Positions 10,032 to 19,298 of a DNA stretch of 64,000 nt are shown here, one piece after another. This DNA comes from Candidatus Ozemobacteraceae bacterium. Its GTDB lineage: Bacteria; Muiribacteriota; Ozemobacteria; Ozemobacterales; Ozemobacteraceae. How positions within the stretch are numbered: position 1 is the first letter of the stretch; the number at the start of each line of letters is the position of its first letter. The notes below the pieces were generated by a model. It was not told where the DNA came from, made no database searches, and saw only the letters and a program-made list of their open reading frames with translations. The position numbers were made by a program, and so were the translations under genes. The stretch lies in contig OZ223236.1 of NCBI GenBank assembly GCA_965140445.1, positions 384,001 through 448,000 on the forward strand, read 5' to 3'.

Positions 10032-12002
10032 TCAGTGCATTTCCTTAAAGCCATTAAAAAGAACAACTGCTGACTCACCATTATCATTTCTGGTTTGTGG
10101 ACTTGCCCCACATTTAACCAGAAAATCATAGCAAGACTGCCTGCCTGCTCTAGCTGCTTCATGGAGTGGAGTGTTCCCCTTAAAATCCAGCTTAAAAATA
10201 TTTCCCTTTTTTTCAACAAGAACCTGCAAAAAGCTTAAATCATTTAGCATTGCAGCGTAGTGAAGAGGTGTTCGTCCAAAGTCATTTTCAATATTAACTC
10301 TGGCTCCCATTTTCAAAAGGGCTTTTGTCAGCCCCATATTTTCTTTTAAAACAGCTATATGAAGAGGAGATTCGCCAAGGGTAAATTCTTTAAAATTTAT
10401 CAAATTAGCATCACGATTTAACATCTCTATCGCGGCTTCCGTTTTTCCTTTGCGAATTGCATCAAAAATGCTTCCTTTGAAGTTTCCAACCTTAAAAATT
10501 TTTGGTTTAGCTCCGAACAAGCCTGTATTTTTTAATATCTCAATTTTCTTCGGATTGCCTTCAAGCCTGGCCTCAAAAAACGCGGTGTGCCCTGCATTAT
10601 TTTTTAAAAGTAAATCTGCTCCTGCCCGAACCAGAAGATCAAGCACCTCTTGCTTTTCAGCAAAAAAAACAGAAGTTCTCCCATCGGGTAACCTTGCATC
10701 CACTTTTGCCCCAAGAGAAATCATTTTTTTTACAACTTCCGGATTCCCTTTTTTCACCGCCAAAAAAAGCGGTGTTTCATCAGAAAAATTCCGGCCATTA
10801 ACAGATGCGCCATGAGACAAAAGCTGTTTACAAAACTGCTTGCTACAAAAATTTTCCGCTACTGCTAATAAATGGAAAGGGTTATTCCCATTTGAGTCTG
10901 TAACAGAGATATCGGCTCCCAATTCTAACAATTCATTTGCAAAACTTAGATTTCCTCTTTTAATAGCTAATAAAAGAGGAGTAAATCCCTCAGAATTCTT
11001 CAAGTTAATCAATTCCCCAGGGGTTTTGAATTCACCTATGGTCAGGCCTTTTTCAAAAATTTCTGGAAAATGAAAAATGGCATTTTCTTTCAAATCAACC
11101 TTTTTAAGGGCGGCTCCATTTTTGGCCAGCAGTCTTGCCAGAACAACATTGTTTGCTTCTAAGGCAATTGCAATTGGGGTCTTTCCGTCAGAATTAATTT
11201 CATTAACAAGGCCTTTTTGAGAAAGCAAGGCGGCAACTTTTTCCCTGTCTCCCTCTTTTACTGCCAAATGCAACGCGTTGCCTTCCGGCAAAAAGCTTGG
11301 AGCAGAATTATGATTTGAAATAAGCTTTAATTCGTATTCTATAAGTCTTGGAAAAAAAGAAATCTTAAATCTAGGATCCTTTTTAAGTTCGTGAAAATGA
11401 ATTTCCGCGTCATTGAAACGCTCCAAAAGACGCAACAGTTCACCAACCTTTAACTCTGCATCCATAGTTCTTTCATCAGGATTCTTTTGCAGTAATGTAA
11501 ACTCATTGAAATACTTTAGGCTCTTTTCAAGAGAAATTCCGGCAATTTCTTTTTCAGATTCGTTTGCCCAATAGGATTTTAAAAAAGCCATCCCCTTGTC
11601 AAATCTATCTTTAGAAATTTTCTCAATAATCAAAGCTCGTCGAAACCAGGGATCGGCATTACGAAAATTTCTAAATTCATCAGACCAGATAAAAGTTTTG
11701 AGCAAATTCTGATCAGCATTCTGAAAGTTTGTTTGCATGAACACTCCCCTGCAAAGGGAACACTCACCAGGAATGGGCATCTTTTCGCCAGCCATTCTTC
11801 CATCAAGCCGCACTCTGCTTTTTACAGAGAGCTTTGGACTATGATAAAACTCTGAATACTCCAGCTCACAGACCGGGCAAAGAATCTTTTTAGTCAGATC
11901 TGTGGGCAATGAAGCAAACAAAAGATTTCCTATGCTGCAGAACGCAAGCAAAAACAGTTTAAGACTTAAGGGCGTCGAGATCTTCTTTAACAAGAGATTC
12001 AT
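10032..12002 (-). CDS. Ankyrin-repeat protein with N-terminal Cys-pair/TPR-like (DUF2225-like) region
   Basis: Signal-like N-terminus; CPVC...CSLC; many ankyrin motifs (GKTPIAIA, GFTPLLLA, GRTPLHYA, GNTPLHEA). Confidence 0.85.
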   Translation of the reverse strand: MNLLLKKISTPLSLKLFLLAFCSIGNLLFASLPTDLTKKILCPVCELEYSEFYHSPKLSVKSRVRLDGRMAGEKMPIPGECSLCRGVFMQTNFQNADQNLLKTFIWSDEFRNFRNADPWFRRALIIEKISKDRFDKGMAFLKSYWANESEKEIAGISLEKSLKYFNEFTLLQKNPDERTMDAELKVGELLRLLERFNDAEIHFHELKKDPRFKISFFPRLIEYELKLISNHNSAPSFLPEGNALHLAVKEGDREKVAALLSQKGLVNEINSDGKTPIAIALEANNVVLARLLAKNGAALKKVDLKENAIFHFPEIFEKGLTIGEFKTPGELINLKNSEGFTPLLLAIKRGNLSFANELLELGADISVTDSNGNNPFHLLAVAENFCSKQFCKQLLSHGASVNGRNFSDETPLFLAVKKGNPEVVKKMISLGAKVDARLPDGRTSVFFAEKQEVLDLLVRAGADLLLKNNAGHTAFFEARLEGNPKKIEILKNTGLFGAKPKIFKVGNFKGSIFDAIRKGKTEAAIEMLNRDANLINFKEFTLGESPLHIAVLKENMGLTKALLKMGARVNIENDFGRTPLHYAAMLNDLSFLQVLVEKKGNIFKLDFKGNTPLHEAARAGRQSCYDFLVKCGASPQTRNDNGESAVVLFNGFKEMH

Positions 12003-13719
12003 ATAGTTTAACCTGCTCTTTAAATCGTTCTGAAGAAATCATTCCATTAGTGGTCTGAACTTTTTCCAGACGTTTTGGAAAATAAAGATCACTAAATTTG
12101 AATCCACAATCAAGCTTGAATTTTGTTTTCATGGCATGAACTTTTTTAGCAAAGCTCCAAAGCTTTTCTTCTGTCCAACCACTGATTCCAAGTGCTTCCA
12201 AGCCTTCCAAAACTGTCTGAGTATTATAGATATTACGAGCAAAAAGGCAAACAACAAGAGAATTTAAAACCATGCGCCAGACCGATTCTTTATACATCTC
12301 TTTGGTCCAATCATCATCAGTCTTGTCAGAGTTAATCCTTTTCTGGTCAATAGAATATCCGCCGCTGTCAAGGTGTGAATGCCTCACTCCGGTAGCATAA
12401 CCCAGAAAAGCATGGAGTCCTGTCATATAGCCGGGCGCTTCATTTTTTCCAAAAGCAATCGCAAACTCTTTGCCACCATATTTCTCTGAACAATATGCCG
12501 CACCTTTTTCAAGGTCCTGATAAAACTGGTTATGCCGATCGCCAATGCGATCGAGAACCTTTAGATAACTTTCTGAATCTCCAAAATTCAGACTAATCCC
12601 ATCCGTATGCTCTGGAGTAACATAGCCCTTTTGAAAGGCTTCAACAGCCCACGCAAGGGTTACTCCGATCCCTATAGAATCCCACCCCTGCTTTTCAACT
12701 TTATAAAGCAGCTTTAAAACTTCGTCAGAATCCCGGATAGAAAGATTTGAGCCCCAGGCAAAAATAAGTTCATGATCATAGGACACTTTAAGCGTCTTAT
12801 ACATGTGATCTTCTTCAGAAAAGAGTTCCCTGACTGTTCCCATGTGGATACAACCGCATTGACAATGAGCGCAGGCAATCTGCTGTGAAAGATTCTTCTC
12901 AGCAAAAGTTTCTCCACTAATATCAGAGGCTCCTTCAAAAAATCCCTGTGAAAAATTCCTGGTTGGAAGTCCATTAATCTTGCTTAAAGGAACAACATTT
13001 ATCGGGGTTCCGAGGTCATGATATTTTTTCATATTGTCGGAATTTACAACATCTTTGTAAAGCCTTGTATAAACCTTGTTGTATTCAGCTTTTTTATCAA
13101 TATTCCAATATTTCCCACCGGAAATTACTATGGCTTTGAGATTCTTCGATCCCATAACGCCGCCAAGACCTAATCTTCCAAAATGTCGGGATGAATCTAC
13201 GGTAACAGCTGCCATGGGCGAAAGTCGCTCTCCAGAAGGGCCGATCCGCAAAATTGATTTTTTATATGTGGTTTTTTGGTGCTCGCGAAGAACCCTTTCG
13301 GTAGCCAGAGCCGACATTCCCTTCAGGGAGCTTGCAGAATGGATTTTTATCTTATCTTCATCAATTGAAAGATAACTCAAAGCACTGCATCGACCCTTGA
13401 TTCTAATAGCGTGAAATCCCGCCCCATACATTGACATAGCCAAACGTCCACCGGCGTGTGATTCGCCAAGGTTGCCAGACAAAGGAGATTTAAACATTGC
13501 AACAGTCTTTGTAGCAACAGGAAAAACTGATCCAAAAGGTCCTGTAGCAAAAATAATCGGAGCATCAACATGATAAGGGTCTATTTTTGGGTCAACCTGA
13601 GTCAACAAAGCCGATGCAACCCCAGTTCCACCAAGATATTCCTGAAATAGTTCTGTAATATTTTCAACCTTTGATTCACCAGTAGACAGGTCTATATCAA
13701 GCATGTAAAAGCTTTTCAT
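11959..13719 (-). CDS. Aldehyde:ferredoxin oxidoreductase (WOR/AOR) family large subunit
   Basis: YLGGTG, KSPLSG..GESHAGG, GRLGLGGVMGSKNLKAI, LPTRNF, CAHCQCGC and SLVVCLF motifs. Confidence 0.9.
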   Translation of the reverse strand: MKSFYMLDIDLSTGESKVENITELFQEYLGGTGVASALLTQVDPKIDPYHVDAPIIFATGPFGSVFPVATKTVAMFKSPLSGNLGESHAGGRLAMSMYGAGFHAIRIKGRCSALSYLSIDEDKIKIHSASSLKGMSALATERVLREHQKTTYKKSILRIGPSGERLSPMAAVTVDSSRHFGRLGLGGVMGSKNLKAIVISGGKYWNIDKKAEYNKVYTRLYKDVVNSDNMKKYHDLGTPINVVPLSKINGLPTRNFSQGFFEGASDISGETFAEKNLSQQIACAHCQCGCIHMGTVRELFSEEDHMYKTLKVSYDHELIFAWGSNLSIRDSDEVLKLLYKVEKQGWDSIGIGVTLAWAVEAFQKGYVTPEHTDGISLNFGDSESYLKVLDRIGDRHNQFYQDLEKGAAYCSEKYGGKEFAIAFGKNEAPGYMTGLHAFLGYATGVRHSHLDSGGYSIDQKRINSDKTDDDWTKEMYKESVWRMVLNSLVVCLFARNIYNTQTVLEGLEALGISGWTEEKLWSFAKKVHAMKTKFKLDCGFKFSDLYFPKRLEKVQTTNGMISSERFKEQVKLYESLVKEDLDALKS

Positions 13720-13720
13720 G

Positions 13721-14143
13721 TTATTCCCCCTTACCGTTTGAAATTTCTTTCATTTCAATTACAGAATTGGGGCAGAATTTAGTACAAACCCCACATTGAT
13801 GACAAACAATTGGCTGGCGGGTTTCATGATCCCATTGAAGAGCGTCCGCTACACAAGCTTTTACACAAAGATTACAATTGACACATTTTTCCTGATGAAA
13901 TTCTACCCCTCCACCTGCTCTTGGAGTTAGCGCCTCTGTGGGGCAAGCTTTTGCACAATCTGGCTCTATACAGCCATAACAAGGTCGTATGGAAAAAGCA
14001 CCTTCGATTCCGGCGTAGTTTTTAACTCTGAGGGCAGCTTTTTCTGCGGTAATAGCCTGAAACCAGGTTCGACTACAGGCATACATACAACTATAACAGC
14101 CGATGCATTGCTCTCTTGCTACAACTCTTAATAATTTACTCAT
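13721..14143 (-). CDS. 4Fe-4S multicluster ferredoxin-like subunit
   Basis: Four Cys clusters: CIGCYSCMYAC, CYGCIEPDCAKACP, CVNCNLCVKAC and CHQCGVCTKFCP. Confidence 0.92.
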   Translation of the reverse strand: MSKLLRVVAREQCIGCYSCMYACSRTWFQAITAEKAALRVKNYAGIEGAFSIRPCYGCIEPDCAKACPTEALTPRAGGGVEFHQEKCVNCNLCVKACVADALQWDHETRQPIVCHQCGVCTKFCPNSVIEMKEISNGKGE

Positions 14144-14164
14144 TTTTGTGCTCCTGCTACGGAT

Positions 14165-14887
14165 TTAATCATCAATTATTTCATCTGGAATAGGCTCCAG
14201 GCGAGATGAGGATTCCCACATTTTTGTCAATGGCGTGGACATTGGAACTAACAACTCTTTATAAATTTGAATTGCTCTTTCTGGAGAAAATACATACCGA
14301 TAAAGCCAGAACTCAAATGGGAAAAAATGTATTTTACCCATCCCTGGCTCAATTTCATAAGATTCAGAATTTTCTAGAATTCTGGATTGAATATTCACCA
14401 AAAATTCTTCACTAACTGCTCTTGGTGGATTTTTCAGGTCAAAGACCTGATCACACTCGCGCTTCCCGTTAGTCTTTAACAAACCAAAAATCCGACAAGG
14501 AAAAGCCCGAACAGGATGAACAAGACAAAGCTTCGTATCATCATCCCGAAAAGTGCAACGAATGCGTTTTTCAGAACCGAACTCTGCTTGTCTTAAATCA
14601 AATCTTAATGCAGAAAATAAAAACCTTCTAAGTCTTTCAGGTTCACACCTGGTCATCAAATCTCTAATAATTCGATGAAACTCTAAAGAAAAAATTGAAA
14701 CCGAATTACAACATTTCCCACAATTTGAACATCTTGTTCCGGGAAGCTCATCATGGAGCTTATCAAGCAAATCCATGCCAAAAGCGCCATGATGAGTAGA
14801 GCTCACCAAGATCTTCTCAAAGTAGGTATCAAAATTCTTCTTCACAGCAATCTTTAACTTGTGAAGAAGCTCATTATTTATCTGCAA
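14165..14887 (-). CDS. YkgJ-family cysteine cluster protein
   Basis: CSNCGKCC, RCTF, CLVHPVRAFPCRIFG; AAGGAG SD before the TTG start. Confidence 0.8.
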   Translation of the reverse strand: MQINNELLHKLKIAVKKNFDTYFEKILVSSTHHGAFGMDLLDKLHDELPGTRCSNCGKCCNSVSIFSLEFHRIIRDLMTRCEPERLRRFLFSALRFDLRQAEFGSEKRIRCTFRDDDTKLCLVHPVRAFPCRIFGLLKTNGKRECDQVFDLKNPPRAVSEEFLVNIQSRILENSESYEIEPGMGKIHFFPFEFWLYRYVFSPERAIQIYKELLVPMSTPLTKMWESSSRLEPIPDEIIDD

Positions 14888-14936
14888 TTAGAGACTCCTT
14901 TAATACTTTGGCTATGCAGATTTATTTTTGATTTTT

Positions 14937-15188
14937 TTAAACCTGATTCTTTGCCAGACTCACCGTAAGTTTTCTTCCGTCCAGCGGTTGCTCATTCATT
15001 CCCTCGACCGCAGCACTCGCGGCTTCACTGGAATTAAATTCTACAAAACCATAACCTTTAGATCTACCGGAATTACGATCCATAATAATTTTAGCAGATT
15101 CAACCTCTCCAAATTTGCTAAATTCATCTTTTAAACGATCGTTGTCAAAAGAAAAGGGAAGGTTCCCCACAAAAATCTTCACAGACAT
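14937..15188 (-). CDS. RRM-domain RNA-binding protein
   Basis: RNP2 KIFVGNL and RNP1 KGYGFVEF; start reassigned to the ATG at 15188 after GGAGG. Confidence 0.93.
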   Translation of the reverse strand: MSVKIFVGNLPFSFDNDRLKDEFSKFGEVESAKIIMDRNSGRSKGYGFVEFNSSEAASAAVEGMNEQPLDGRKLTVSLAKNQV

Positions 15189-15306
15189 TTCAAATCCTCC
15201 AAACTGTTTACTGCTCTTATTATGACTCAAAGGTATATATGCCTATCTTATTTTCTCCCATGAAAAGATATAATTCAAGCACTTTTAGAAAAAAAGAGGA
15301 AAAACA

Positions 15307-15327
15307 CTGTACAAACTTATTGTACAG
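15307..15327. promoter_or_regulatory. Inverted repeat CTGTACAA-N5-TTGTACAG, candidate transcription-factor site
   Basis: Perfect 8-bp arms in the divergent intergenic region between the RRM gene and the sigma54-activator gene. Confidence 0.45.
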
Positions 15328-15378
15328 CAAAACAACAGACAACTTATGCTCTAAGCCTGAATTTAAAAGCAGGTTTTC

Positions 15379-15407
15379 TTGACAGTCTTTTATGCCTGTG
15401 ATACCCT
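15379..15407 (+). promoter_or_regulatory. Putative sigma70 promoter
   Basis: TTGACA-17 nt-TACCCT with an extended -10 TG, about 100 nt upstream of the ATG at 15505. Confidence 0.55.
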
Positions 15408-15504
15408 TTTCAGGTATATCTAAATCGGTCCTGAATAGAATCTTTTCAAGAAATTGAACTGGGTTCTTTAGGGGTGATTCGGTTTTGTTGGTAATAAGGA
15501 GCCT

Positions 15505-16431
15505 ATGAAAACAAAAATTATTGGCAAAAGCAAGGCTATATCAGAAGTTTTGAGCCTTGTTTCTAGAGTAGCCGAGAACGATGTTACTGTTCTTATTACT
15601 GGCGAAAGTGGGACTGGCAAGGAGATGGTTGCAGAAACCATTTGCCAGGGCAGTCCTAGATGGGGAAAGCCGTTTCTGAAAATAAACTGTGCGGCAATCC
15701 CTTCAGAGCTCCTTGAAAGTCAAATGTTTGGACATGAGCGCGGAGCCTTCACCGGGGCGATTAGTCGTCAGGAAGGCTGCTTCGAACGTTCACATAAAGG
15801 AACACTTTTTCTCGATGAGATTGGTGATATGGCCCTGATGACTCAGACAAAACTGTTAAGAGTCTTGCAGGAACAAACCTTTGAACGCATTGGTGGGAAT
15901 GAAACCATAAAGGTTGATGTCAGGCTTATTGCTGCCACCAATAAAACCCTTCTCGAAGAAATTAAACGCGACCGTTTCCGCGAAGATCTTTATTACAGGT
16001 TAAACGTTGTTGAGATCCATATTCCTCCTCTTCGAGAAAGGATGGAGGATATTCCTGAACTTGTAGAGCATTTTCTAACTGAATTTGCTGCCAAATACAA
16101 TAAAACGAACCTGGCCCTGAGCAAATCTGCGAATCAGGTTTTAATGAATTTCAGTTGGCCTGGAAACGTTCGTGAATTAAGAAATGTTGTTGAAAGAGCC
16201 GTAGTCCTGTCTCGCGGCGAAATGATAGAGCCCGAGGATTTTCCTGAAAAAATCAGGCAACCCTCACCGTTACCTGGAGCAACGGGCAGTGAAGATCAAA
16301 TTCTCACCCTTCAGGAAATGGAACAAATGTATGTGAAAAAAGTTCTGGAATACACTGGTGGTAATAAGTTAAAAGCCGCCCGCCTGTTAAATATTGATCC
16401 GAAAACCCTTCGGACCAAACTTTCCAGGTAA
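15505..16431 (+). CDS. Sigma54-dependent enhancer-binding protein (AAA+ and Fis-type HTH) lacking an N-terminal sensory domain
   Basis: GESGTGKE, GAFTGA, LFLDEIG, FREDLYYRLNV, WPGNVREL; C-terminal HTH NKLKAARLLNI. Confidence 0.93.
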   Translation: MKTKIIGKSKAISEVLSLVSRVAENDVTVLITGESGTGKEMVAETICQGSPRWGKPFLKINCAAIPSELLESQMFGHERGAFTGAISRQEGCFERSHKGTLFLDEIGDMALMTQTKLLRVLQEQTFERIGGNETIKVDVRLIAATNKTLLEEIKRDRFREDLYYRLNVVEIHIPPLRERMEDIPELVEHFLTEFAAKYNKTNLALSKSANQVLMNFSWPGNVRELRNVVERAVVLSRGEMIEPEDFPEKIRQPSPLPGATGSEDQILTLQEMEQMYVKKVLEYTGGNKLKAARLLNIDPKTLRTKLSR

Positions 16432-16453
16432 AGGATTTCAAGCGAGGAATCAT

Positions 16454-16729
16454 ATGTCTGATGCAATAATGATAAATAAGATGGAAGATACGGTTGTCGA
16501 AGTGGTCGATAGTCTTATCTACAAAGACGATTCCGGGGTCTGCAACTGCAACCGCTGTCGTCTCGACATCATCGCATTGGCTCTAAACTCTCTGCCCCCT
16601 AAATATGCAGTTACCACTATGGGAAACGCTGTTACAAATGTTACACTTAACTCAAATCAATGGAAAGCCAACGTTACAATGGCCGTTTGCAGTGCAATCG
16701 ATATTGTAAAAGGTAGACCAAGACATTGA
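16454..16729 (+). CDS. ComFB (late competence development) family protein
   Basis: INKMEDTV..CNCNRCRLDIIALALNSLPPKY..RPRH signature; GAGG SD before the ATG at 16454. Confidence 0.88.
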   Translation: MSDAIMINKMEDTVVEVVDSLIYKDDSGVCNCNRCRLDIIALALNSLPPKYAVTTMGNAVTNVTLNSNQWKANVTMAVCSAIDIVKGRPRH

Positions 16730-16760
16730 GTTTAAACTTCCAAATAACATGGAGGAAACC

Positions 16761-17129
16761 ATGAGCGAACAAAACAAAAGTGAAAAGGATAAGCTTAGCT
16801 TTGAGAAAAGGGACGCCACTAAAGGTTATATAGTCCTTTCATTGATAGGCGATCTGGACATGTGGACTCTCCCAAGAGCCAAAGAACAGATTAACGAGCT
16901 TGTTGAGAATGGAAAAGTGAAAATCGTTCTAGATCTAGAGCGAACTAATTACATAGATTCTTCAGGACTTGGCTTTTTTATCGGCACTCTGAAAAAACTC
17001 AGAGACACTGGTGGAGAACTTGTTTTGATTAATCTCAATGCTTACATCTACGGTATTTTCCAGCTGATTCAGCTTCAACACATCATAAAAACCTATGACA
17101 GTCTTGAAGAAGCCAGCAAGGAATTTTAA
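16761..17129 (+). CDS. STAS-domain anti-sigma factor antagonist
   Basis: GDLD..VLDL..YIDSSGLG motif containing the phosphorylatable Ser; GGAGG SD. Confidence 0.9.
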   Translation: MSEQNKSEKDKLSFEKRDATKGYIVLSLIGDLDMWTLPRAKEQINELVENGKVKIVLDLERTNYIDSSGLGFFIGTLKKLRDTGGELVLINLNAYIYGIFQLIQLQHIIKTYDSLEEASKEF

Positions 17130-17157
17130 CTCATAAGTACATCAGGGAGAACTTACA

Positions 17158-17412
17158 ATGAAAGAAAAAATCCACCCAAAAGTTAACACCATTACTGTTT
17201 CTTGCGCTTGCGGAAATTCATTTGACACTCTTTCTACAGCCTCAGAAATGAGAGTAGAAGTTTGTTCTGGCTGTCATCCTTTCTTCACTGGTACTCAGCG
17301 TTTTGTTGATACTACTGGTCGCGTTGAAAGATTCAAACAGAAAATCGAAGCTCAGAAAAAAGCTACTGAAGCTAACGCAAAAAAAGCCAAAAAACCTGCG
17401 GCTGCTGAATAA
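17158..17412 (+). CDS. rpmE: 50S ribosomal protein L31 (zinc-binding type)
   Basis: [27 protein letters not shown]. Confidence 0.97.
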   Translation: MKEKIHPKVNTITVSCACGNSFDTLSTASEMRVEVCSGCHPFFTGTQRFVDTTGRVERFKQKIEAQKKATEANAKKAKKPAAAE

Positions 17413-17432
17413 ATTTTATTCAACAATCAAGA

Positions 17433-17477
17433 AAAAATCTGCTGTTGATCACACAAAATGTTCAACAGCAGATTTTT
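17433..17477 (+). terminator. Intrinsic terminator after rpmE
   Basis: AAAAATCTGCTGTTGA...TCAACAGCAGATTTTT inverted repeat. Confidence 0.7.
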
Positions 17478-17515
17478 CCTGTAACCCAAAAGAATAGAAA
17501 AGTGAGGACATTGAA

Positions 17516-18202
17516 TTGAATCTGGTACTTTTAAGAAACACCCCCGATCCAGATCGCCTTGTTGCTCTTGCAGCCAGAAGGTGTTATTCATCAAGATCAG
17601 CAGAGGATATTGATGACAAAATGTCTGACGAAGAAATGGAAAAGCTACTTGCCTTCCTACGCAAGAGAAATCATCTTTCTCCTTTTGAGCACGCGGACTT
17701 CAGTTTCAGCGTTGATGGTATCTCAAGGGCTCTTTCCCATCAGTTGGTTCGACATCGCATTGCATCATATTCTCAGGAAAGCCAAAGATACGTAAACTAC
17801 TTAAAAGTAAAACAGTTACCATTCATAGTTCCTCCCAAAATACAGCAAAATGCCGAAGCCACCAGACTATATAACGAAGCTGTGGAAAAGACTCTTGCCG
17901 CATATAGAGCCATGGTTGACGCTGGTGTTCCCCCGGAAGATGCGCGTTACATTTTTCCAAACGCCATTGAAACTAAAATTGTTTTTACAATGAATGCCAG
18001 AAGCCTTTTCAATTTTTTTGATCAGCGCTGCTGTCTAAAAGCCCAGTGGGAAATAAGAATTCTTGCGATGGCTATGCTTAAAGAAGTCAAAAAGGTAGCC
18101 CCTAATATCTTCAAAAACGCAGGAGCACCATGCAACTTTAGCAATCCATACTGCCGGGAAAATGACCAGGATTGCCCCATGTTTCCAAAAAATAAAGAAT
18201 AG
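17516..18202 (+). CDS. thyX: FAD-dependent thymidylate synthase
   Basis: HLSPFEH, SHQLVRHRIASYSQESQRY, EDARY and AQWEIR motifs. Confidence 0.96.
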   Translation: MNLVLLRNTPDPDRLVALAARRCYSSRSAEDIDDKMSDEEMEKLLAFLRKRNHLSPFEHADFSFSVDGISRALSHQLVRHRIASYSQESQRYVNYLKVKQLPFIVPPKIQQNAEATRLYNEAVEKTLAAYRAMVDAGVPPEDARYIFPNAIETKIVFTMNARSLFNFFDQRCCLKAQWEIRILAMAMLKEVKKVAPNIFKNAGAPCNFSNPYCRENDQDCPMFPKNKE

Positions 18203-18221
18203 ACTTGAGGAGATTTGACAA

Positions 18222-19298
18222 ATGTCTACAGCAAATCTACAGGATCTTAGAAATTCAATCGATACCCTGGACAATGAAATTCTTCATAAATTAGAAGAAA
18301 GAGGAAGAATAGCCCGAGCCATTTTTAAAATTAAAGCTGAGCAGGGCGAGAGCAACAATTTCTCTCCGGAAAGAGAAGCAGAGGTCTTTAACAATCTTTT
18401 AAAAGATTACTCTGGAAAACTAGACCAAAAAGCAATCAGAAGAATTTTTGCTGAAATTATATCTGTTTGCCGTAGCTCTATTGAGCCTGTCAGATATACT
18501 ATTCTGGGCTCTGACAAAGACTGGCAACAAAGCGCGGCAATAGAAAGATACGGGAGCTCTTCAAAATATTCCACTGTTGATAACGGTGAAGAGTTGTTAT
18601 CAAGACTGGAAGCCAACCCTGAAGAATTGGGAATAATTTCAACAGACTGTCGTGATAAAAATCTGATTCTAGAAGCCATGATATCTGATCGATTCCACAT
18701 TATTGATCAGTTTTCTGTTCTTCCAGAATATTCATTTGTAACCAACTGTGAAAAAGAAGTCTCTGAAATATACGAAATTTGTGTTACTCAAAGTCAACTA
18801 CAGCGCTTAAGAGAATTTTTCATAAGCTTTTCATATGATTTAAAAATCAACATCTGCCGGAGCGTTTCAGAAATAGTAGAAACACTCCATAAGCCAGAAC
18901 CAGTAGCTGGACTGATTCCAACAAACATAGCAAAGAACATTAGTGAACTCAGAATAATAAAATCAGGTTTAAGATCTGTTAATCCATCTCCGGTAAGCTT
19001 TTTAACCATTAGAGCCGGTCAAGGTCCTTCATTTAAACCCGGGCAGAATGCCTGCGTAATTTGCTCTTTATCAGATTCAAAAGCCGATCTTGGTGAAACC
19101 ATTGAATTTCTACACCAATCCAGGGTTAAGATTTTTGATTTGAGTCACATTACCTTTACTGATAAGCCATGGCAAAGCCTTTTGTCCATATATTGCAAAT
19201 CTCCATCAGATCAATGCTCATTTGAGCAAACAATTGAAAAATTAGCTCAGAAAACTGGAATGGCAAAATGCGTTGGATTCTTTCCAGAGCATGACTGA
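18222..19298 (+). CDS. Chorismate mutase fused to a divergent prephenate dehydratase/ACT-like region (PheA-like)
   Basis: AroQ-type N-terminus (LRNSIDTLD..RG..IK..PEREAEV..IFAEIISVCR); total length and layout match a P-protein, but the PDT motifs are degenerate. Confidence 0.7.
   Translation: MSTANLQDLRNSIDTLDNEILHKLEERGRIARAIFKIKAEQGESNNFSPEREAEVFNNLLKDYSGKLDQKAIRRIFAEIISVCRSSIEPVRYTILGSDKDWQQSAAIERYGSSSKYSTVDNGEELLSRLEANPEELGIISTDCRDKNLILEAMISDRFHIIDQFSVLPEYSFVTNCEKEVSEIYEICVTQSQLQRLREFFISFSYDLKINICRSVSEIVETLHKPEPVAGLIPTNIAKNISELRIIKSGLRSVNPSPVSFLTIRAGQGPSFKPGQNACVICSLSDSKADLGETIEFLHQSRVKIFDLSHITFTDKPWQSLLSIYCKSPSDQCSFEQTIEKLAQKTGMAKCVGFFPEHD

Noticed and set aside
14888..14936. Moco/tungsten riboswitch upstream of the oxidoreductase genes
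   Set aside because: The intergenic gaps are too short and show no such structure.
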